Notes under the pieces: model-generated
Told to the model about the DNA's origin: nothing
Database searches by the model: none
Seen by the model: only the letters and a program-made list of their open reading frames with translations
Program-made: the position numbers and the translations under genes
NCBI GenBank assembly: GCA_963674705.1
Contig: OY771506.1
Coordinates: 3,296,001 to 3,360,000, forward strand
From: Phycisphaeraceae bacterium
GTDB taxonomy: Bacteria > Planctomycetota > Phycisphaerae > Phycisphaerales > Phycisphaeraceae
Direction: 5' to 3'
Length of the DNA stretch: 64,000 nucleotides
Part shown: positions 57,184 through 64,000 of the stretch, in pieces
Numbering within the stretch: the first letter of the stretch is position 1
Layout of the letters: every line of letters starts with the position of its first letter

Positions 57184-58779
57184 ATGCGTTTCCTTTCCGC
57201 TGCTCTCTTCGTCGTGTTCAGTTTCTGTTTGCTATCAACACAAGCACAAGCCGAACAAGCGCCTTCGGTCGGGATACACGCGGCTGTTCTGCAAGGCAAC
57301 CTTGATGCGGTTAAGCAACACATCGAAGCCGGCACCGACCTGAACCAGAAAGATGCGTTCGGCTCATGCCCGCTCATTCTCGCGGCCGTCTTCGATAAGA
57401 CCGACATCGCTAAAACGCTCATCGATGCAGGCGCAGACCTGGGCATCCGTAACAACAACGGCGGCACACCCCTGCACGTCGCGGCGTTTCTATGCAGAAC
57501 CGATATCGTCCAGGCCTTGCTGGATCACGGGGCCGACCGACACCTGCGTGATAACTTCGCGAACACGCCCGCCGATTCCGTCGCTGCGCCTTTTGAAGAA
57601 GTCAAACCCGTCTACGACAGCATGGCCCGGTCGCTTGCGCCGCTCGGCCTGCAACTCGATTACGAATACATCCAGCAGACCCGCCCGAAGATCATCCAGA
57701 TGCTGCGGCCAAGCGCGGACGAACTGGCAAAGATCGACTACACGCCACAAGCCGTTGACGGTTGGGAAATCTCCACGCCTGAAGAGCAAGGGCTCGATCC
57801 GCAGCTTGTTGCAGAGCTTTACGATGATGCCGCCGCGATGCCCAAACTCTACAGCCTCATCATCATCAAGAACGACAAAATCGTCGCCGAACAATACTAC
57901 AACGGCGCAACGATTGACCGTAAGACACGCCTCGCTTCGGTAACTAAAAGCTTCACCTCCGCGCTGACCGCCATCGCACTTGAAAAGGGGATCCTTAAAA
58001 ACATCGATCAGAAAATGATCGACTCGTTCCCTGAAGTGACGGACACCATTACCGACCCACGCAAGAAACAGATCACGATCAAGCACCTATTGCAGATGCG
58101 AGCCGGCTTCCCTTGGGAAGAAATGAAGCAAGAATACTGGGACGGCATCCTGTCCGGCGACTACGTCCCGCTCATCGAAAAGACGCCGCTGCTCGGCGAC
58201 CCCGGCTCGCAGTTCAACTACAGCAACCTCTCCTCCAACTGGTTAGGGATTATCATCGCCCGCGCCGCCGACACCAACCTCAAAACCTTCGCGCAAGACA
58301 ATCTCTTTAACCAGATCGACATCGAGTGCGGCGAATGGAGCACCGACGCCCACGGCAACAACAACGGTTGCGGCAACCTCCATCTGACCGCACGAGGCGC
58401 CGCAAAACTCGGCCTGGTCTATCTCAACAACGGCCAATACAACGGCAAGCAGATCATCCCCGCCGATTGGGTCGAAGCCTCTTTAGCAAACTATTCTCCC
58501 GACGCGTGGATCACCAGGGACAAGGTCAACCACATCGGCCCATACTTCCGCGACCTCGGCTACGGCTACCAGTGGTGGTCCGCACAAGTCGGCGACCACG
58601 ACATCGACTTCGCCTGGGGACACGGCGGCCAACTCGTCATCCTCCTGCACGATAAGAACATGATCGTCGCCACTACCACCGACGCTTTCTTCCTCCAACA
58701 CGACGACGAAGCCTGGTGGCACGAAAAGTCCACGATCAACATGGTCGGCAAGTTTATAAAGGCTTTGCCGGCGAAATAA
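57184..58779 (+). CDS. secreted ankyrin-repeat plus beta-lactamase-family serine hydrolase fusion
   Basis: Three ankyrin repeats (IHAA, G.CPL..A, GGTPLHVAA); SVTK (SxxK), FNYSN, AWGHGGQ. Confidence 0.88.
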   Translation: MRFLSAALFVVFSFCLLSTQAQAEQAPSVGIHAAVLQGNLDAVKQHIEAGTDLNQKDAFGSCPLILAAVFDKTDIAKTLIDAGADLGIRNNNGGTPLHVAAFLCRTDIVQALLDHGADRHLRDNFANTPADSVAAPFEEVKPVYDSMARSLAPLGLQLDYEYIQQTRPKIIQMLRPSADELAKIDYTPQAVDGWEISTPEEQGLDPQLVAELYDDAAAMPKLYSLIIIKNDKIVAEQYYNGATIDRKTRLASVTKSFTSALTAIALEKGILKNIDQKMIDSFPEVTDTITDPRKKQITIKHLLQMRAGFPWEEMKQEYWDGILSGDYVPLIEKTPLLGDPGSQFNYSNLSSNWLGIIIARAADTNLKTFAQDNLFNQIDIECGEWSTDAHGNNNGCGNLHLTARGAAKLGLVYLNNGQYNGKQIIPADWVEASLANYSPDAWITRDKVNHIGPYFRDLGYGYQWWSAQVGDHDIDFAWGHGGQLVILLHDKNMIVATTTDAFFLQHDDEAWWHEKSTINMVGKFIKALPAK

Positions 58780-58838
58780 GATCAGTAGATAACAATAAAT
58801 GTATGAATGGCTAGATATCGCATCATTTATGAAAACTG

Positions 58839-59984
58839 GTGATAAGGTATATCAAGATTAGCCGACATAACAATATGCATGGTATCCACAGAATTTGTGT
58901 GGCCCTTATCCTGCTTGCCGCTGCGGCGCCGGTCCTCGCAGGATTCAAACCAGCTTTCAGTTTAGGCTACTCACTTCAACACGCCACACACATCGTGCTC
59001 GTGACCGAAGGCGATGTGGTGGATGGGAACCTGGAAGTTATCGAGTCTTGGCGTGGTGACCTCAAGCCGAAGGCGATGATCAACATTCCTGATCTGGCGC
59101 AAATGGCTGATGAGAAACTGAACGAAGTCCAATGGTTTAGAGAAGACCTGGTTCATGCGCCTTATGTCCGCAAGGTCACGGGGCAAAGGATCGTGCTTTT
59201 TCTGATAGACAAGGATAAAGCGCAGAACGTGCATGATTCGGTAAAGCCGGCCGGCGACTGGTTGCCCGCCAGTTACTATGGTCTCGGTGGATTCAAGACG
59301 TCCGCCCTGTGGTTGGAAAACGGTGAAGCTTATGGCTTCTTGCAGGTATTCAATCCGGGCCCCAGCGAGCTACGCCACACATATACCGAAGTTGAAGTCA
59401 AAGCCCGCATCTTCGGAAGTAATGTCATAAAGGATGAGTTTGTCAAAGCTGTTGAGCAGAGCGATCCTATCCGCCTCGTCCAGGCAATGACCGCGTATAA
59501 ACACTCCCGGGACTATGAAGGCATGTTTGCATGCACAAAATCGCTCGGGCATATGGGTGATGTTGCTTTGCCATCGCTACGAAAGTTATTAATGGACCGC
59601 ACGTACAGCTCATCGCATCCTAAGATCATTCATGCGCTTGCAGAAGCGGGGGGGATTGATGCCGCGCCGGACCTGACATCGCTTCTAAATGAAGAAGTAT
59701 CATTCTGGAAAGCGCATCCTCCGGATAAGGAAGTTGGCTGGTGGAATAGCACCGCGGAGAAACAGGAACAGCAGATTCAGTGGTACAAGTACCAGCAAGG
59801 GATTCAACTTGAAGCACTGCGTGCCCTGAGGCCACTACGCTATGAACCAGCACGCGAAGTCGTGGTCACTTGCAGAGACCTGTGGCAAAAGAACGAAGTA
59901 CTGAGTGAAATGGGCGGCGACCAGATAGTCGATGCCTGCAACAGCGTGCTGAGAAACCTGGGTACGATCGCAACCGCCGAATAA
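58839..59984 (+). CDS. secreted hypothetical protein with a HEAT-like helical C-terminal half
   Basis: Signal peptide ending VLA-G; LG.MG..ALP.L..LL and ALA..GG..A.P.L..LL repeats. Confidence 0.6.
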   Translation: MIRYIKISRHNNMHGIHRICVALILLAAAAPVLAGFKPAFSLGYSLQHATHIVLVTEGDVVDGNLEVIESWRGDLKPKAMINIPDLAQMADEKLNEVQWFREDLVHAPYVRKVTGQRIVLFLIDKDKAQNVHDSVKPAGDWLPASYYGLGGFKTSALWLENGEAYGFLQVFNPGPSELRHTYTEVEVKARIFGSNVIKDEFVKAVEQSDPIRLVQAMTAYKHSRDYEGMFACTKSLGHMGDVALPSLRKLLMDRTYSSSHPKIIHALAEAGGIDAAPDLTSLLNEEVSFWKAHPPDKEVGWWNSTAEKQEQQIQWYKYQQGIQLEALRALRPLRYEPAREVVVTCRDLWQKNEVLSEMGGDQIVDACNSVLRNLGTIATAE

Positions 59985-60006
59985 CATGCCATCAGTTCAA
60001 TACGCA

Positions 60007-60063
60007 ATCCTACCCCCTCTCCCCTCGGGAGAGGGCCGGGGTGAGGGCCGGATTGATTACGTG
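60007..60063. repeat. CCCTCACCC/GGGAGAGGG REP copy
   Basis: atcctaccccctctcccctcgggagagggccggggtgagggccggattgattacgtg. Confidence 0.85.
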
Positions 60064-60113
60064 CTAAGCTTGACAACCAATAAACCGACCATCCTAATCG
60101 GGTGTATTGTGTA

Positions 60114-60968
60114 TCAATTCCCAGCTTCAGTTTTGTTACGAACTTTCAACTGCGAATCGGAATACGGTTGACGCGGTGATTGCATCAGCTTATCAACAAT
60201 CGCTTGTTCATCCGGGTCTAAAAGAATGCTCTTTAGCATGTCTAGCGCATTGTTAGCCGTCTCACGATCGTCTTCTTTCATCGCCCATAGCAGATGTGTG
60301 AGTGGTTCCTGGCAGTCTCTTAAGATCTTTGAACGAAGGTCCTGGAAACGCCAGCCGGGATTGATTGTCACAAGGATCATCGCGTTGGTGGTGGGGCCTG
60401 ATACAGTCAATAACTTGACGTAATTAGTTAGTTGCTCGTCCGTCCACGTGCTTGGATCTTTCTTGATGATGTCACCCGTCAATAAACGAATCGCTTTGAT
60501 TTGCATCCCCTGATTGTTAATAACCAAAGGTAGCAGTGTTAATACTTCACGTTCATATATGATGTTGAACCGGTTATTTGCGACACCGTAAGCCCCAAAA
60601 ATCGGCATAAGGACTTCGTTGTTAAACGCTACACGTCCCTCTGCATCTTCAATGTAAGTCTGTTGCCAGTCCGGCTGATCGGTGATGTCCGCGTTATCTG
60701 CAATGCGCTTGAGGTTCTTGACGACAGATTTGAATCGGCCGTCTTCATCATCGATCTTTGGGAGATTGTCCCGGTCAGTCTTGGATAGATACGTTAAGTA
60801 TAAAGCTGCCGCCTTATAGTCCTTCGCGGCCCACTGCTCCGCCGTCGGGAACATGGGCGGTTCTGTCTGAGTTTCCTCTGCAAGTACAGAAGTACAAGGC
60901 AGGCAAAGAAACAGTAACACAAGCAGAAGTGTATTAGCCTTGACCGGAACGCTATGAATGGTAATCAT
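60114..60968 (-). CDS. secreted hypothetical protein (lower GC)
   Basis: Signal peptide ending VLA-E; TATACT 8 nt before the ATG at 60968. Confidence 0.6.
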   Translation of the reverse strand: MITIHSVPVKANTLLLVLLFLCLPCTSVLAEETQTEPPMFPTAEQWAAKDYKAAALYLTYLSKTDRDNLPKIDDEDGRFKSVVKNLKRIADNADITDQPDWQQTYIEDAEGRVAFNNEVLMPIFGAYGVANNRFNIIYEREVLTLLPLVINNQGMQIKAIRLLTGDIIKKDPSTWTDEQLTNYVKLLTVSGPTTNAMILVTINPGWRFQDLRSKILRDCQEPLTHLLWAMKEDDRETANNALDMLKSILLDPDEQAIVDKLMQSPRQPYSDSQLKVRNKTEAGN

Positions 60969-61084
60969 GGATAACAAGTATAGGAACTTGAAGCAGTCGT
61001 TGGAAGTGCAAGGTTGGGATTATTGTGTGATGATTTAACCAATATCGTGATGTGTACGATCAAACATACGAATGTCGAAAAACA

Positions 61085-61285
61085 TCAATCGCTTGATTGT
61101 TCGGGTTCGCTTTTTGGTTTATAGGTGCGACGCGCTTCAAGTTCAGCGACGCGCTGCTCGGGCGGGACAGCAAAGCGCAGGTTCTTCGGCAACACGCAGC
61201 CTTTGCGCCCGGGCACGCAATCCGTCTTCAACCGACGGCAGTACTCAGCTTGTTCATCAAAATGCGGACACGACCAGGAACTCAT
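61085..61285 (-). CDS. small Cys-rich protein (66 aa)
   Basis: TATAAT (61310-15) and SD AAGGA upstream; MSSWSCPH...C.RLKTDC.PG..GCVL. Confidence 0.7.
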   Translation of the reverse strand: MSSWSCPHFDEQAEYCRRLKTDCVPGRKGCVLPKNLRFAVPPEQRVAELEARRTYKPKSEPEQSSD

Positions 61286-61551
61286 GGGTTCATCCTTTCG
61301 ATCATGCCCATTATAGCCGGGCTGAAACACCACGCATCGGCTGTCTGAATCTTATCAAGGTTAACACCAGAGTCCGCCTAAACCGATTAACGCCATCATG
61401 CAAATCGACAGTATGTACTATGTCAGTTTTCCACCACTCGATCGGCGCACAACCCTGTCGTGAATTGCACTCGTGCGCACGGACCCGGTATTTGCCGGCT
61501 GTCATCTCAGGCCTGATGAGCCTTGTGCGCATCAACAAGACTATGGCATCA

Positions 61552-62685
61552 CTATTTCTTTCGGTGCCAGCCCTCGAACGCCGCGCCGTCGCCCGGGCCG
61601 GGTAGCTTCGGCCAGCCGTCTGCATCCCATTGCAGTTCGCGGATGGCGAGCATGGGTTTGCCATCCTGCGATCCGTCATAGAAGTGGACACTGACGTACT
61701 GCTTGCCATCAACATCGTTAAGTACGCCGACGTGTCCCGGACCGATGAAGTTTGGTTCTTCAGTACCGAGGAAAGGCGAGCCTTCGCCGTCGATCAGCTT
61801 CTTGCCGTCATTGTCGATGTAAGGCCCGGTGATGTCGCGGCTGCGGCCGACACGGATGTTGTACGTGCTTTCCATCCCGCTGCAACATCGGCCCCAGTTG
61901 ACGAAGAGATAGTAGTAACCATCGTGGAAAGTCATCGCTGCGGCTTCGATGGATTGGTACCACGCCAGCGCGTGCATGGGCGAATCTTCCGCGATACGTT
62001 TGCCGGTCTTCGGATCGAGTTCGATGAGTTTGATGCCGGACCAGAACGAGCCGAACACCATCCACATGCGGCCATCTTGATCGAAGAGGATCGCCGGGTC
62101 GATCGCGTTGTAGTCGTTTGCTTCAGTGGTCTGGATGACGATACCTTCATCGGTCCAGCCGAAGTTGTCTGCTTCGGTGTCGAGCGTAGGCGAAGTAGCC
62201 AGCGCGATGGCGGAGGTACGCTTGCCCATCGCGGAGACGGAGTAGTACACCATGTACTTGCCATCATGGTAGATCACATCCGGTGCCCAGAAGAAGCCTT
62301 TCTGACTCGGCACGACATCGGTGATCCACTTGGGGTATTCACCTTTCTTGAAGATCGAGCCGGCGCGATGCCAATGAATAAGATCATCGGAGTAAGCGAC
62401 GATCACGCCGGGCCCCGTACCGAAGACCCAGTACCGATCGCCTTGCTTGATGATGGTGGACGGGTCGTGGATGCCCAGGTCGACCTTACCCGCCTTGGCG
62501 AGTTGTTCGCTGACGTCGTCCGCATTGGAAGGCTCGGCCGCACTCGCGAGGCTCATGATACAAAAGGCGATTGGCAAGATCAGGGCGATGTGGGTGAGGA
62601 TGGTCATCGTGCGGTTATTCCTGATGTATTTGCCTATGACAAAGTTGCGATGCACTACCACTGCGCTTGTGCAACAGTGTATCAC
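61552..62685 (-). CDS. GH43 arabinan endo-1,5-alpha-L-arabinosidase-like enzyme (start probably near 62607)
   Basis: IHDPS; WAPD; YYS.S..G...SAI.LA; NAIDP; FGSFWSGIKL; IEA; YYYLFV.WG.CC; GPGH. Confidence 0.9.
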   Translation of the reverse strand: MIHCCTSAVVVHRNFVIGKYIRNNRTMTILTHIALILPIAFCIMSLASAAEPSNADDVSEQLAKAGKVDLGIHDPSTIIKQGDRYWVFGTGPGVIVAYSDDLIHWHRAGSIFKKGEYPKWITDVVPSQKGFFWAPDVIYHDGKYMVYYSVSAMGKRTSAIALATSPTLDTEADNFGWTDEGIVIQTTEANDYNAIDPAILFDQDGRMWMVFGSFWSGIKLIELDPKTGKRIAEDSPMHALAWYQSIEAAAMTFHDGYYYLFVNWGRCCSGMESTYNIRVGRSRDITGPYIDNDGKKLIDGEGSPFLGTEEPNFIGPGHVGVLNDVDGKQYVSVHFYDGSQDGKPMLAIRELQWDADGWPKLPGPGDGAAFEGWHRKK

Positions 62686-62761
62686 GCCACGATGTAAAGA
62701 AGCGTTTCAGGCTACGGATATTGAGGTAAAAGGTGTCTGCCTCTTGTGTGATCGTTTGTCA

Positions 62762-63667
62762 TCAACCACCAGCGAATACCGTATCCAGATACAGCTTGCG
62801 TACATCTTCGGCTTTGATGTCCGTCGTGACTTCGATGTGCGGCGCATCTGCTGTGGTGATGGTCATGCCACGGGTGTAATCTCCGCGGGTCTCGACACGG
62901 ACGGGCATCATCTGCGTGACATAAAGCGAGTTGTCCAGCGCCCATGCAAAGGGGAACATGTCGTACATCACCGGCCCGGGTTTACGGCTTTGCGCCGGGT
63001 GCCAGAGATCGATGGCTTTACCAAGTGCCCGGCAAACTTCGGACGCGTGATTGCGGAAGATGTCGCATTCCTTCATGGTGAAGAAGAACTGTTTGGTAAC
63101 GCTCCACGTGCCCATGGTGATGGGGATGCCGCTGGTCAGGACGATGTCGGAAGCGGTGGCGTCTGAGCCGACGTTGTACTCGATCATGTTCAACGACAGT
63201 TCACCGCCCATCATATAGATGGCTTTGATCTTCGATGCGATCTGCGGTTTGCGACGTAATGCGCAGGCGATATTGGTCAGCGGTGCGATGCATGCAAGGA
63301 TGATCTGGCTGGGATATTCTTCGACGGTGCGGATGATCAGGTCGATCGCGTCGCTGGCATCCGGCGTTTCGGGGATGTCCGGGCCGGCAAAGGCGTCGTG
63401 ATTCATGTACACCTTCATGTCGTGATGTCTGCGCATCTCTTCATCACTGACATGTCGCAAAGGGAACTGCATGCCCGCAGCGACGGGGATGTCTTCGCGT
63501 TGCTCGTAACGCAGCAACTGTTTGATCAGCCGAACGCGCCGATCGCTGGGCCAGGTCACGGTAGTGATCGCCTTGATATCAAGCTCTGGCCGACGCAATG
63601 CAAACAGGATCGCAAGCAGATCATCGATGTCGGTTCCCGGGTCGGTGTCGATCAGCAGTTTAGGCAT
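62762..63667 (-). CDS. nucleoside hydrolase (IUNH family)
   Basis: IDTDPGTDIDD..A; IAPLTNIA; MGG; EYNV..D..A; MYD; RG.T. Confidence 0.9.
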   Translation of the reverse strand: MPKLLIDTDPGTDIDDLLAILFALRRPELDIKAITTVTWPSDRRVRLIKQLLRYEQREDIPVAAGMQFPLRHVSDEEMRRHHDMKVYMNHDAFAGPDIPETPDASDAIDLIIRTVEEYPSQIILACIAPLTNIACALRRKPQIASKIKAIYMMGGELSLNMIEYNVGSDATASDIVLTSGIPITMGTWSVTKQFFFTMKECDIFRNHASEVCRALGKAIDLWHPAQSRKPGPVMYDMFPFAWALDNSLYVTQMMPVRVETRGDYTRGMTITTADAPHIEVTTDIKAEDVRKLYLDTVFAGG

Positions 63668-64000
63668 AACGTTTATCCTTCTGTATATTCACCCCGATTG
63701 TATGCTTCGAGTAAAAGGGCTCAAAGTGCAGTTACTTTTGGTGTAAGCTGATCCTCGATCATTCAGGACAAGAGACAAGAACGAACCAGAAGAATGCGAC
63801 AACTTGGGGTATCTGCTCCAGACAGAATCTTCGATGGACGGCCAAGGTGTGATTGCACAGAATCTGCAGCGCAAGAAGTGCGGTATCGTCGAACGGTGTG
63901 CATGATAGAGCGTGGTTCATGTAACAACATTTACATCCTATTGCGTGTTTCAGGCGTCTCTACTAAACACTGAATATCCTGCGGCAAACAAAGTATTGCG

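Noticed and set aside
61505..61550. CTGATGAG followed by a hairpin, resembling a hammerhead ribozyme core
   Set aside because: The required GAAA after stem II is absent.
63689..64000. Short ORFs at the right edge
   Set aside because: No recognisable motifs, RBS or codon bias; left unannotated.

Overview
GC-rich bacterial chromosome window. The many PEP-CTERM proteins with paired dockerin-like repeats, the ECF sigma factor with a long extension and the vWA/TPR/ExbB/ExbD cluster suggest a planctomycete, probably Phycisphaerae (inference). It begins inside an IS5-family element with a programmed frameshift. It then carries housekeeping genes (tgt-yajC-secDF, rsmJ, tRNase Z-like, carA, gap, hisH, pilD, xseAB, type B L31, prfA), a DUF1611/enolase-superfamily epimerase pair, several secreted carbohydrate-active or hydrolytic enzymes, and seven PEP-CTERM loci. 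No rRNA, tRNA or CRISPR array was recognised. Main observations: (1) an ECF sigma factor fused, through a membrane segment and a ~470-aa low-complexity linker, to a C-terminal PEP-CTERM sorting signal, facing a tiny PEP-CTERM gene broken by one nonsense codon and missed by the ORF track; (2) many families of REP-like palindromes and 7-mer tandem-repeat hairpins that sit at gene boundaries with consistent polarity and have inserted in frame into tgt; (3) several genes that look leaderless. All product calls come from motif recognition by eye; no database searches were run.
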